Assembly (NCBI GenBank): GCA_965262145.1
Contig: OZ253501.1
Location: forward strand, 4,952,268-5,016,267
DNA length: 64,000 bases
Reading direction: 5' to 3'
From: Candidatus Latescibacterota bacterium
GTDB taxonomy: Bacteria; Latescibacterota; UBA2968
Position 1 is the first letter of the stretch. Each line of letters begins with the position of its first letter. Positions 49,891 to 60,801 of this stretch are shown here, one piece after another. A program made the position numbers and the translations under genes. Under the pieces are notes generated by a model. It saw only the letters and a list, made by a program, of their open reading frames with translations, had not been told where the DNA came from and made no database searches.

Positions 49891-52800
49891 ATGAACTTGC
49901 AAGAGGACAGTGGCCATCATTCGCTTTTTCAGCACGAAGCTGATGCGATTACCCTTTTAGAAAGACGCATTTCGGCGCATAAGCTAGGCTTCATATTAAA
50001 TAACCTCGAAGTTCATGATCCACAGTCAAACCGCTACTTTGAGACGGATGTGGTCATTATATGTGAGTTTGGCATTTACGTAGTCGAGTTGAAACACTGG
50101 AGCGGACGCATAGAAATTCGACCAGATACTTGGCTCCAAAACAATTCCTTCTTCAAACGTGATCCGCATATATCAAACGGCTTCAAGGCGAAGTTGCTTC
50201 GCGGAATATGGGAACGAAAATTCCCTTCTATTGCACCACCTTATTTCGAATCAGTGATCATACTTACGAATCCAGATGCGGAAGTCGATGGAGCCTCAAT
50301 ACCAAAAACTACCATCCATAATCCTACTTTTGATACGATTGGGAGTTTCATTCGGTATCTCAAATATCAGCAGAATGAGAAGCGCTCCGTTCTGACCGAG
50401 TCACAGTGTAGCGCATTCAAAAAGTATCTTTATACACTTCAAACAGTAGGGCATCCGCGTGATTTTATATTTCCAGGGTACGAGATTGTTGAGCGATTAT
50501 ATCAGCATACAGATCGTGCTGAGGTTGTTGCACGAAGAACAGATGTACGGTACCACCGGTTGAGCCGTTTGCGCGTATTTTTTCCTCCTACGGATACAAA
50601 CGCGGAATTACGTCAACGTTTCCATGAACGTGCAACCGCAACACTTAACGCAGTCTCGAAAACCGATGACCATCCAAATATCCTCAAGGTCTGGCCCGTG
50701 CCCAGCGAGAACAACTACATCGTTGAAGGCAGTGACTGGTCTGAAACAGGTACGCTACGAGACCTTTTAAAGCAGGAGGGGAAACTCTCTTGGGATCGAG
50801 TCGAAGAAATTCTCATTGGTATTTTGCAGGGACTTAAGGCAGTCCATAGCGAGTATATTGTGCATCGCTCCTTATCTCCAGACAATATCTTGATGATGGA
50901 CTACACACCTAAGCTTATGAATTTCGACCTATCGTTCCAACTTGAGGAGGAACGTATAACGGTCATTCCTGATGTCTCACAGTTGCAACGCAACCCCTAT
51001 ACTGCACCTGAAATCTATAAAGGCGAAGTTGTTCCAGAGGCAACTGCCGATCTATTTAGTGTGGGAGTAATACTTTATGAGATGCTGACTGGTGAGCGAC
51101 CATTCAGTTGCTCCACAGATTTAGAACGATTGGGCGGGCAATTAAAAGACACACATAAACAGAAAATGAACCAAAATGCGGTCCCCGAATTCCTGAAGAA
51201 GATCATTTTAACCTTGGTATGTCTTGATCCCGATGCGCGTCTTGGAAGTGTGGATGGAGTTATCGAGAGGTTGTCGTCCACATCGGAACAGGTCGATGTT
51301 GCTGAAGAGGCGAATACAGTACTTGAGGCAGGAGCTCAATCTGGGTTTTATCAAATTGATGAATTGTTCCGTCACGGGGCAGAATCACAAATTTATCGCG
51401 GTCGAGGTGCTGGAGGTCGCTGTGTGGCTATTAAACTTTTCAACTGCGATGTTCCCTTGTCGCGCGTGATAGATGAACAACATTATGCTACTGCTGTACA
51501 CCATCCATCAATTGTACGCGTTGATAGCTACAACCATTGGGATGATAGGCGTTTCTACATTTCTTTTTACTGGATGTCACAACGCAATATGAGGGATGAG
51601 ATAAATGAGGGCAAGTGCCCTGACCTGGATCGTTTTCAACTAATTGCTCTGCAATTGATAGATGCGGTGGAGACACTTCACGGGTATCAGGAAGAGAACC
51701 AACCCAATCCGATTCTGCATAATGATATCAAACCTGAAAACATCTTGATAGATCAAGGTGATCAACCCGTTTTAATTGATTTCGGAGCTGCATCACATCC
51801 ACAAGTAGGTATCTATGAGGGCACTGAAGGTTATGTGGCACCCGATCTCTGCTTAGGGCAGGACCGAAAATACTGTGAGGATGGAGACTTGTATGCTCTA
51901 GGAGTCACTCTTAGAGAGTGGCTGTGCGGACGACAATTGATAGAGGACAATGTTCCTATAGCTATCCTCGAGTGGTTGAAGAGGGCTACAGCACAGGAGT
52001 CGAGGAAACGCTTCTTATCTGTGGCTGAAATGCGTGACGCATTGACAAAGGCATTAAAATGTAAAATGACTGATATTTCACAGGAATTAGTTGAAGAGAG
52101 CGCAGAGGAAAGAGAAAAGCACACACAAACTCCCACGCCAACGATAATAGAGCAGGTCAGCGGTACTATAGATCCTAATCCATTTGTGACCTACCTAAAC
52201 TCTCTCCATTCCCGAAGTGTAGGAAATGAGAATGCTTTGGCAGAATCACAGTCCAGAAATACCCATTTTGGCCTTATTCATGTGGATCATCCTGTTGCAA
52301 AAACTATACAAGAACAGCTTACCGGTGATCAAAGACAGCACGTTATTCTAACAGGCCACGCTGGCGATGGGAAATCCACGATTGCGATTGATTTATACAA
52401 ACAATTTAAAGGGTTACCACCTGAGAATCCATTACCTGCTGATATAGATAGGCGAGAGAATGTTGTAGTCGATAATAATCAAGTAACAATTATAAAGGAC
52501 TTCAGTGAGTGGTCCCACGAAGAACGGCTTTCGTTGCTAAGTGAAATGTTAGATAACTGTACGCGTCGTGTTTTTCTTATATCAAACACTGGGACCTTAC
52601 TGGACACATTTCGTGATTATGCGCGCATGAATAGTGGTCAATGGACACAGATAGAGAGCAAACTCCTCAAAGCAATGGATTCAGCAGTACCAAAAAAAAT
52701 GCGGTTCAATAAGACGCCTTTCTCCATAATTAATTTATCTATGATAGATAACATTGGAATCGCAGAACAGATCTTTAGGCGAATGATTAATTCCAAGCGA

Positions 52801-53943
52801 TGGGAGATTTGCCAAAAACATGAGTGTCGTCATAAATGTCCTATTTTTCGTAATGTTCAGTTAATCCAACAGAATGAGAGCATCGTTCGGCAACGCCTGT
52901 TCCTTATTTACAGGCGTATGTACGAGTATGGCACCCGCTTTACTTTACGTCAACTGTCAGCTCATCTTGCTTATATGATCACATCAGGTCTCAGCTATCA
53001 AGAGATCATCAAATTTTCTCAAAAAGCCTCTCCTCCACCGATGTCTGAGTTTATGTTTTTCAATCGCTTCTTTGGAGATAATGGCAAGGAAGTAGATACC
53101 CCTGCTTTGCAACTACACGTAGTCAGTACCGTTCGGGAACAGGGCTTTGGTGGCCATCTCTGTCCCTCTTGGGAGAGACAGCTATGGTTACGAAGTAAAG
53201 GGACATCGTTCCGTTTGAAAGCAGTTGGAGATACGAGTGATTTTGACTTGTTAAGAGAGTATGGAACCGGTCTCAAATCTGAAGATAACTTCTATCCCCA
53301 GCAAGCCCGAGAACAGGTACGTAGGATGCTTTTCTTTTTACACAAGTTTGACGCTGATAGTGGCGATACATTTATCAAGATATTCCTGAATTCGGCAATG
53401 ATCTTAGATTTCGTAAAGTGGCAAGAAGAAACCTCTTCGGGATTGAACTATCTTCACCGTCGAATTTTCCATGTCCTTCAGGAGCATTTTACGGGGGTAA
53501 GATTACCAGAAGGGGCCTCTCTTGATCAATTCTTATTCATCACATTGGGACGACGAGTTCGTGAAGTTCGGCAGAGTGCTCAAGTTGTACTAGCTCAATT
53601 TCCAAAAGATAACTTCAAACTTGAACTTGAATCAATAGATAATGGCGTAGGAAGTGTGAGACGGGAATTGGTGCTTAAAGGGCGTACAGAGCAACTTCAA
53701 GGACAACTGCGCCTCAGTTTACCATTTTTAGACTATGTAATGATGCGAAATAAAGGTGCGATAGGTAAAGACTTGCAGGCGTCATACATTGATAGATTAG
53801 AGAAGTTCAAGGGACAGCTATTAAATCAAGCGGACTCAGCGCCAATTGATGATATCATGCTTGTAAGTCTGCGAACCAATCACAAGTTCCGAAGACAGAT
53901 ATTCTCTATACGTGAAAATCAGCTAGAGGTTACCGATGGTTGA
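49891..53943 (+). CDS. NERD nuclease - pseudokinase - Ser/Thr kinase - P-loop protein (MAD6/DndF-like defence protein)
   Basis: ETDVVII..VVELKHWSG; kinase 1 HRSLSPDN/NFD; kinase 2 VAIK, HNDIKPEN, DFG; GHAGDGKST; TLRQLSAHLAY. Confidence 0.85.
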   Translation: MNLQEDSGHHSLFQHEADAITLLERRISAHKLGFILNNLEVHDPQSNRYFETDVVIICEFGIYVVELKHWSGRIEIRPDTWLQNNSFFKRDPHISNGFKAKLLRGIWERKFPSIAPPYFESVIILTNPDAEVDGASIPKTTIHNPTFDTIGSFIRYLKYQQNEKRSVLTESQCSAFKKYLYTLQTVGHPRDFIFPGYEIVERLYQHTDRAEVVARRTDVRYHRLSRLRVFFPPTDTNAELRQRFHERATATLNAVSKTDDHPNILKVWPVPSENNYIVEGSDWSETGTLRDLLKQEGKLSWDRVEEILIGILQGLKAVHSEYIVHRSLSPDNILMMDYTPKLMNFDLSFQLEEERITVIPDVSQLQRNPYTAPEIYKGEVVPEATADLFSVGVILYEMLTGERPFSCSTDLERLGGQLKDTHKQKMNQNAVPEFLKKIILTLVCLDPDARLGSVDGVIERLSSTSEQVDVAEEANTVLEAGAQSGFYQIDELFRHGAESQIYRGRGAGGRCVAIKLFNCDVPLSRVIDEQHYATAVHHPSIVRVDSYNHWDDRRFYISFYWMSQRNMRDEINEGKCPDLDRFQLIALQLIDAVETLHGYQEENQPNPILHNDIKPENILIDQGDQPVLIDFGAASHPQVGIYEGTEGYVAPDLCLGQDRKYCEDGDLYALGVTLREWLCGRQLIEDNVPIAILEWLKRATAQESRKRFLSVAEMRDALTKALKCKMTDISQELVEESAEEREKHTQTPTPTIIEQVSGTIDPNPFVTYLNSLHSRSVGNENALAESQSRNTHFGLIHVDHPVAKTIQEQLTGDQRQHVILTGHAGDGKSTIAIDLYKQFKGLPPENPLPADIDRRENVVVDNNQVTIIKDFSEWSHEERLSLLSEMLDNCTRRVFLISNTGTLLDTFRDYARMNSGQWTQIESKLLKAMDSAVPKKMRFNKTPFSIINLSMIDNIGIAEQIFRRMINSKRWEICQKHECRHKCPIFRNVQLIQQNESIVRQRLFLIYRRMYEYGTRFTLRQLSAHLAYMITSGLSYQEIIKFSQKASPPPMSEFMFFNRFFGDNGKEVDTPALQLHVVSTVREQGFGGHLCPSWERQLWLRSKGTSFRLKAVGDTSDFDLLREYGTGLKSEDNFYPQQAREQVRRMLFFLHKFDADSGDTFIKIFLNSAMILDFVKWQEETSSGLNYLHRRIFHVLQEHFTGVRLPEGASLDQFLFITLGRRVREVRQSAQVVLAQFPKDNFKLELESIDNGVGSVRRELVLKGRTEQLQGQLRLSLPFLDYVMMRNKGAIGKDLQASYIDRLEKFKGQLLNQADSAPIDDIMLVSLRTNHKFRRQIFSIRENQLEVTDG

Positions 53944-55570
53944 TCCTTTCCCTCCTATAAACCTTGATGACAGGAATCCTGCTGTACAACTCTTCGGCCG
54001 TCGGTTCTTCATTGACCAGACTGTGCCAGAATTGCTCCTTGAGCTTTTATTAGTAGCAACTTCACTTAAACGAGTAGGGAGTCAAAGATTACCCCCAGAA
54101 CAGATGTTCCCAGACATCGAATTACTCCAAGCTTGGCCTAATAGGACACATCTGGAATATGCTGCAAAAGCTCGACTTAATCTTAAGCTGTTTGCTTTCT
54201 TAGGAGCCTCCAAGCTTGAAACACGTCACGAGAGTCATCGTCAGCATTATCGACGGTTACTTAGATTGCTTGAAAAAAATCTGACGACAGAAATAGCCGA
54301 GGGCTCAGATGTTCTCCGGACGCTTGAAAACCTCTTTCTTGGCTTTTTAAGCGTGGGAGAAGAGAGGACATGGTGTACTCAGAGTTTCTTGCCTGTTGCA
54401 AGAAATCTGGTGGCTGGAGAAAGTATCTGGCGAGAAACACAGGCTAGACGTGAGGATCCCGATTCATGGGATAGGGCATTGAATTTCTTTTCTCATAACC
54501 AACATGTGTTTTTTGCCAGAGGTGGTGAAGTTCTGTATCTCCAATTATGTAATGCGTTGCGGCAAAAAGAGAAAACCATCCAAACGTGGGCCTCAAGTGC
54601 AGGACTCGATTTGTCTCCATTAACAAATCCCGTGCATCTTCGTGCAGAATTAGAGAGAGGTTTTAATTGCATTTTTGATAAGCATGCGGAAACTGTGGGG
54701 AAACTTGCTGCTTTCATCGATAGTGGCATTGATACAGATATCAGCCAACAAACAGATACAGATATGGAAATTAACGATGAACCCCATTTTACAAAATGTG
54801 GTTGGTGTCCAACAGAGAGTTGGCCGGAAGGATTACTGTTTGCTGTAGAACTGCTTCGTATTTGCGGAGCAAAGATTGATCCCATTGAGCGTCTTGAACT
54901 TCTGGAAATCGCCTGTGCTATGCAAGTACTACGTAGCCTATGTGTACAGAGTGCGCGACATGTAAATAGACAAGGCACGGAAGAGATTTGGCCGGGATTT
55001 TTCTGGGTTCTCTCAGATCCAGATGGGCAGAACGACATAGTGAAACAAATTTCTCGGCGCAGTGTGAATGCTGTTCAACGTATGGTCTATAATGCTATCC
55101 GTCATCCGGACATCCTACAGATCTTAGAACAGGAAAAACAAAAGGATGCAACAAGCGGGCGGAATAGGAGCGATCCCTATCGAGAGGCCGATAGCCGATA
55201 TGGGCATAAATTATTCCTCACAATGGCTAAACGCATTGGATTCATCGTTCCAAAACGAGGAGTTGGTGCTCGTTTTGTATTGAACGATAGGATACTGAGA
55301 TTTCTGGTGATGTCACTGATTCCACCAGGAGAACGGTTCACCTATGAAACTTTTAAGAAGCTTCTATTTGCACACTACGGAATAGCGATTGATGATGAAA
55401 GAATTGGTCAAGCGTGTGAATGGTGTGGTACAAGTAAATTAACAACATTGGGTGGGACCTCTGATGTGTGGCTGATAGAGATGTTGAAGGCGGCTGGTGT
55501 ACTAGTGCAATTATCGGACTCCAGCTCTCTTGTAGCAAATCCCTTTGATGGTGGAGAAATTGCATTATGA
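53936..55570 (+). CDS. Defence protein, DndG/SspG/MAD7-like
   Basis: Translationally coupled between F-like and H-like genes; C-terminal LFAHYGIAID..LKAAGVLVQLSD; family assigned mainly from position and size. Confidence 0.6.
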   Translation: MVDPFPPINLDDRNPAVQLFGRRFFIDQTVPELLLELLLVATSLKRVGSQRLPPEQMFPDIELLQAWPNRTHLEYAAKARLNLKLFAFLGASKLETRHESHRQHYRRLLRLLEKNLTTEIAEGSDVLRTLENLFLGFLSVGEERTWCTQSFLPVARNLVAGESIWRETQARREDPDSWDRALNFFSHNQHVFFARGGEVLYLQLCNALRQKEKTIQTWASSAGLDLSPLTNPVHLRAELERGFNCIFDKHAETVGKLAAFIDSGIDTDISQQTDTDMEINDEPHFTKCGWCPTESWPEGLLFAVELLRICGAKIDPIERLELLEIACAMQVLRSLCVQSARHVNRQGTEEIWPGFFWVLSDPDGQNDIVKQISRRSVNAVQRMVYNAIRHPDILQILEQEKQKDATSGRNRSDPYREADSRYGHKLFLTMAKRIGFIVPKRGVGARFVLNDRILRFLVMSLIPPGERFTYETFKKLLFAHYGIAIDDERIGQACEWCGTSKLTTLGGTSDVWLIEMLKAAGVLVQLSDSSSLVANPFDGGEIAL

Positions 55571-58500
55571 AACTCTTTGCAAAGACCGCTTTTGAACATG
55601 TTCAAAAACAAATTGAGACGCACATCCATCAGAGTAGATTTGGGCAAAAACTATTATGTATGGTACCCAGTGTGCCTCCTAAAGCCGCTGTTGATTTTGC
55701 AGACTTACTGATTGACTACTGTGCAGGGCAAAGACAGATTAGTCTGCCGCTAATCAAAATTGCAGACGAACTTTGTCGAGAATGGGAGAAGGACCCAGAT
55801 CCCACTATTAGAGATTGTGTTAAGGAGATCACAGAAAAAGAATGGCGTGATGAACAAGGCAATCTAACCAGTTATAGAAATATTTCTGTATCCGAAGATA
55901 AATTTCTTCCTGTGCTTTTGATAGGAGTTGACAAAGTTACCGACTCCTCCAGTCTTGCCGATTTTCATCATTGCGATTTCCGGATCATATGGGAGGAGGA
56001 GTTGCACCAAAGCTTTGCTCCTTGGGTGCAGACTATATTAAACGAAGCGAAAATTGGGTTTGAGGATGATACTGTAGCGCATTTTGACAGCGTTCTTCGC
56101 GCAATATTAGCACGTGGCCTGAGTGATGTTTTACAGATCAGCACATTTTTGGAGAAGCTTGACCTGACCACAGCACAGGATGGAAGAGATGCCGAATATT
56201 TGCTCCTGAGAAAGTTGAGTAGCTTCAGTCTACCTTTGTTTACAGGATACAGATTTTCGGGTCAACGGGCTTTTGGCCCTTATATTGATGACGCTCTCTC
56301 ATTCTTCTCCTATGATGCCTTTCTTGAGAAGCGTGTACGAGATAGGGATCTGAACACAATTGATAAATTTGTTGAGCACAATGAACTTGGAGAGTTATTC
56401 GACCAAAGCTATCGTGAGCCGTTCGATAGCGACAAAGCCTTTATCAACGCTCTTAAACATTATATAGAGACAAGCGATTCCGAAGATCGCGATAGACTTA
56501 AGCAGTGTGACTTCGTTACAATTAGGGACCAGATTCTTGGTTTTAAGGGACCTAGAGAACCAAGAAAAAAAAAGGAAACAGTTAAGAAACTTTCTGGGGG
56601 CCCGATTGAAGTTATCCTAACCAGTTTGTGGAATACGTTCGCTGAATTTAAAAAAACAGCAGTAGAACACGGGGTTTTCGCCCATGAAACCTTAAAGGAA
56701 ATTCGTATTGAATCAAGATTATTCAAACACAATTTCGATGGCAAATCAGCAGATGAGCGCAGGCTTAAAGCACGAGAGTATCTCAGGCACCTACTTGGTG
56801 GCGTTGATTATCTGCTTGAAAATTGGATTGACTTAACAAATGTCTTGATTAAATCAAAACTCGTTCAAGAAGATGTTAACTGTCAGTCCGCCAGAACAGC
56901 AGAGCCGTTTATCCAATTTTCTATAGCTTTAGTCTCGGAAGACTGGGACGAACCCGTAGAAAAACATTTCGCTTGGCGCTTACCAGATATTGAACCCTAT
57001 CGTGTAGCATATGAGCTTATAAGATGGGCAGCGTCGGAAATCAAAAACACGGATGGCTATTGCCTCCCAGTATTCAATCTGCCGTATCACGAAGAACTCA
57101 TGCTGGCAAAAGATGACGAAGAAACACGGCGCATCCTACTACAATGCATCCAAGATGAAAAAAAACAAGTTTGTAATATGTTGGCTATTTCTGATTTGGA
57201 TAGAAGTGATCCTCTTCTGCAATCGATGCAAAAATTAGCCTTTGACTACGACAAATTTATACAAAATGCACAAACTGAGGGATTGCATGCTGCCCTATTT
57301 AGCCATTGCGAATCTTTGAGACAGACTTATGAAGAGGTCTGTAATGCCTATCTGTATGAGCCCCAATGTAGAAATAGCCCATTAGCTACTCTTCTATATC
57401 GAGCATTTCTCATCATTCAACAGCGTCCAAGTGCAGAAGGTGAGAGATGGATTTGGGAGGCGTTAGAACCTTCTGGAGTGATTACGATTTTGCATCCATC
57501 TATGTTGGAGATGCTACAGGCTCATATTGCTTATTTATTGACTTGCTTTTCCACATCAGTAACCCGTGAACTGAAAGCACCTAGGACGCAAGCGTTTAGA
57601 GAAGTGATTTGGCAAAACTATGTCGATTTGGCTGCTATCCAAATGCCTTTACTTGGGCTCATAAAAGATCGAAACCGGGTTCTAGATACGGATGTGCGAG
57701 GAAAAAATCTGATTCATCGAATAGGTAGTAGCAGTGATGGAGAAGCTTCTCTGACAACACGACTACTCTTGCGATATGACGCCTTTGAGGATGAGTATAT
57801 GAGCGATGCGACACTATTCACCGAAAGCCGCGAATCTATCCTAATCCTTCGCATTCTCCAAGATTATCGTAAGCTCCATCCTCATGCTGATGATGGTCTA
57901 AGCATTGCCATTTACCAGGATCAAGACATCCAACCAGTGATTGCGGCCGTAGATTTCTTCCTCAAGGATATATGTAAACAGCGCGATGAGCAATCCGGTA
58001 AGTATGCAATGTCTGTTACCGTATTTACAGAATCAAGTGATGATTCCAATGTGACCCGTTGGGTCGATCAATGGCGGGAGCGCTGGGAGGCAGCGGAGAC
58101 TCAAAGCTCTTTAGCTCACTATAGACAGAGTCTTTTATCGGTAGCGCATCGGCTTGTGTCATCCGAGAATTACTATCAACAATTTCGAAGGCTGATTTCT
58201 GAAGGATTAGAGATCGATATAGCAATATTGAGCGGATTTATTAGGGCTGGCGCAGAAGGAAACGACTTTCAGTCGGTATCAAGTTTTGATGTGACCTCGC
58301 GCACACTCAAGTTCCCCATTTTGGAGAAGACTTTTTGTGCCTTTCGGGATCCGGGTAGGCAACTTCAGCGGGTGCGTGTACTGAGTAATCGACAGTTCAG
58401 TATTGCGACACGTCATGCTGAAGTAATGGCTCGGCTAAAGAGCCCAGAAATACAGCAGAATACCCATCATATTGTGCGTGGATTTGGAGATTATGCGCCG

Positions 58501-60801
58501 TGGCAAGGTGTTGTTGATGACCTACATCAGTGTGCCGAGTGGGTGGTTTGCATTGATCCGAGCATTGACGAACGACTGATTGTACAGGAAAAACGTAAGA
58601 TTATAGGTTTTGGGTCTGGAGTTGGGGCGCATGGAGGAGCAAATTATACAATCTCCACAGAACAGTTTCGTGATTCAGATGTGCTGCACCGCCTCACTGC
58701 CGCAATCGGTGATGTATATTCTGAGTGGTCTTCCGAAATTTATGAACTAGTGGCAAAAGGAGTTCTTAAAGAAGTTCTGGAAGAGCCAAGGAGATTATCA
58801 GGACTTTCATTGGTTAGAGCCACAGGTATAGGCCAGTATATTCGTGACTTTATGGCTTATTCACTTACACGCAAGCTCCTCGCCGTAAATGGAGAGAGAC
58901 TATTCTGTGATCAACTCGTTTCTTTGGACGCTTATCAGCATTGGTTTGACTCTTCTGAAAGCAGTACGCGCCCTGATCTGCTGTGGGTAATTGCCCGTCT
59001 TTGCGGAGATGGTCGCCTGCACTTGGATCTACGGATGATTGAATGCAAGCTGGCAAATCGATCAGAAGTACACCTGGATAAAGCACGCCAACAACTTGAG
59101 AATGGGCTACGGCATCTTGTCTCTGCATTCAAACCTCGACGCGACGATGAGAGTGATGAAGATGATAGACCCGACCAGCGATATTGGTGGTTGCAACTCC
59201 ATCGATTGATTGCCAGCAGGGTAGAAATTACTCAACGCGATGAAGAACCTGTGTTAGCCGCACTAGAACGTTTAGCAGAAGGTGACTATGACATTGAATG
59301 GCGTGCAGCTGCGGTCTCATTTTGGACAGATCAGAAGTCTAAAGGTCTATCGCTTGACAATGTATGGTCCTGTAATATTGACGGACAAGAGTTTCAAATT
59401 GGAGTGATTTCATCAGGAAGTGATTTTGTGCAAAGGTTGTGTACATCTCAAATAACCGAGTCTCTACCGTGGAAAGACAGCACCATACGATATGATGCCA
59501 CGGTTCATAGGGTTGGATATGAAGCTCAAATCGAGGAGTTTAGAGCGGAGTCAGAAGCCATTGAGCTAATTAGCCCAGAGTCCGGGATTGGCTCTTCTAT
59601 TGACAGAGTAGATGATAAGAATAGGAAATCCAAAGCGATTGTAGAAACAGACGCAAGTTTGCCTGAACGAATTCCAATAGGGACCACGTCAAATGGGTCT
59701 CGCCCTGTCTATTGGGAATTTTGGCACAAGGATCTCAATAACCGACATATACTGCTCTTTGGGGCATCTGGCATGGGTAAGACCTACACGATTCAGTGTC
59801 TTCTCAGCGAACTTGGTCAAAACGGTCAAAATTCCCTCATTGTAGATTATACGAATGGTTTCTTCGATAACCAGCTTGAGGAAGATTTCAAGGCTCTACT
59901 AAAACCAAGGCAACACATTGTGCGCAAGCGTCCTCTTGCAATCAATCCTTTTCGGCAACAGACAGAAACTATTGGGGACGAATTTATTGCAGAGGGTGAG
60001 GCTAACACAGCGCAACGTATTAGTGGTATTTTTGCGGAAGTGTACAACCTCGGTGATCAACAGAAGTCAGTGCTTTATCAAGCTATAAAAAACGGAATTA
60101 GCTATTCCAGTGATACAGTCATGACCTTGGATGATCTAATTCCCTACTTAGAGGAAATCAGTGAAGAAAGAGGTACCACTGGTACGGCAGCAAGGAGCCT
60201 TATCAGCAAGATACGCCCTTTCATAGACCAAAACCCGTTTGGTAAAGAAGACGCTGAGAGTTGGGAACGGCTTTTTACCGATTCGCAACATCGTTGTCAT
60301 GTGCTCCAATTAGCTGGCTTTCTAAGAGATTCATCAAGATTAATTACCGAGTTTTCTCTTATTGATTTATACTGGTACTATCGTGGCCGCGGGACGGAGA
60401 ATTCTCCTCGTATTTTGGTGCTGGATGAGATCCAAAATTTGGATCATAGAGAGGAAACACCATTGGCTCAACTTCTGCGTGAAGGACGAAAATTCGGCTT
60501 CTCTCTCATACTGGCTACGCAGACAATGAGTAATCTGGCGAAAGACCAACGTGATCGGTTGTTCAATGCAGCACATAAGTTGTTCTTTCGGCCTACAGAT
60601 ACCGAGTTAAGAACCTATGCAGATATAGCTGCCACGACAACAGGTGAGAAGGTTGATACATGGAAGACACGTCTTGCTTCACTTAAAAAGGGCGAATGCT
60701 ATTCATTGGGCCCCAGCCTAAATGAAGCCACAGGAAGGTTAGAACCCAAGGCATTCCGGGTTCAAGTTACTCCCCTTGGAGAGCGGGGTTTAGATGGATA
60801 A
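55567..60801 (+). CDS. Large HerA/FtsK-type ATPase with internal PD-(D/E)XK nuclease motif (DndH/SspH/MAD8-like)
   Basis: RPDLL..MIECK; NRHILLFGASGMGKT, LVLDEIQN, LREGRKFGFSLILATQ. Confidence 0.82.
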   Translation: MKLFAKTAFEHVQKQIETHIHQSRFGQKLLCMVPSVPPKAAVDFADLLIDYCAGQRQISLPLIKIADELCREWEKDPDPTIRDCVKEITEKEWRDEQGNLTSYRNISVSEDKFLPVLLIGVDKVTDSSSLADFHHCDFRIIWEEELHQSFAPWVQTILNEAKIGFEDDTVAHFDSVLRAILARGLSDVLQISTFLEKLDLTTAQDGRDAEYLLLRKLSSFSLPLFTGYRFSGQRAFGPYIDDALSFFSYDAFLEKRVRDRDLNTIDKFVEHNELGELFDQSYREPFDSDKAFINALKHYIETSDSEDRDRLKQCDFVTIRDQILGFKGPREPRKKKETVKKLSGGPIEVILTSLWNTFAEFKKTAVEHGVFAHETLKEIRIESRLFKHNFDGKSADERRLKAREYLRHLLGGVDYLLENWIDLTNVLIKSKLVQEDVNCQSARTAEPFIQFSIALVSEDWDEPVEKHFAWRLPDIEPYRVAYELIRWAASEIKNTDGYCLPVFNLPYHEELMLAKDDEETRRILLQCIQDEKKQVCNMLAISDLDRSDPLLQSMQKLAFDYDKFIQNAQTEGLHAALFSHCESLRQTYEEVCNAYLYEPQCRNSPLATLLYRAFLIIQQRPSAEGERWIWEALEPSGVITILHPSMLEMLQAHIAYLLTCFSTSVTRELKAPRTQAFREVIWQNYVDLAAIQMPLLGLIKDRNRVLDTDVRGKNLIHRIGSSSDGEASLTTRLLLRYDAFEDEYMSDATLFTESRESILILRILQDYRKLHPHADDGLSIAIYQDQDIQPVIAAVDFFLKDICKQRDEQSGKYAMSVTVFTESSDDSNVTRWVDQWRERWEAAETQSSLAHYRQSLLSVAHRLVSSENYYQQFRRLISEGLEIDIAILSGFIRAGAEGNDFQSVSSFDVTSRTLKFPILEKTFCAFRDPGRQLQRVRVLSNRQFSIATRHAEVMARLKSPEIQQNTHHIVRGFGDYAPWQGVVDDLHQCAEWVVCIDPSIDERLIVQEKRKIIGFGSGVGAHGGANYTISTEQFRDSDVLHRLTAAIGDVYSEWSSEIYELVAKGVLKEVLEEPRRLSGLSLVRATGIGQYIRDFMAYSLTRKLLAVNGERLFCDQLVSLDAYQHWFDSSESSTRPDLLWVIARLCGDGRLHLDLRMIECKLANRSEVHLDKARQQLENGLRHLVSAFKPRRDDESDEDDRPDQRYWWLQLHRLIASRVEITQRDEEPVLAALERLAEGDYDIEWRAAAVSFWTDQKSKGLSLDNVWSCNIDGQEFQIGVISSGSDFVQRLCTSQITESLPWKDSTIRYDATVHRVGYEAQIEEFRAESEAIELISPESGIGSSIDRVDDKNRKSKAIVETDASLPERIPIGTTSNGSRPVYWEFWHKDLNNRHILLFGASGMGKTYTIQCLLSELGQNGQNSLIVDYTNGFFDNQLEEDFKALLKPRQHIVRKRPLAINPFRQQTETIGDEFIAEGEANTAQRISGIFAEVYNLGDQQKSVLYQAIKNGISYSSDTVMTLDDLIPYLEEISEERGTTGTAARSLISKIRPFIDQNPFGKEDAESWERLFTDSQHRCHVLQLAGFLRDSSRLITEFSLIDLYWYYRGRGTENSPRILVLDEIQNLDHREETPLAQLLREGRKFGFSLILATQTMSNLAKDQRDRLFNAAHKLFFRPTDTELRTYADIAATTTGEKVDTWKTRLASLKKGECYSLGPSLNEATGRLEPKAFRVQVTPLGERGLDG

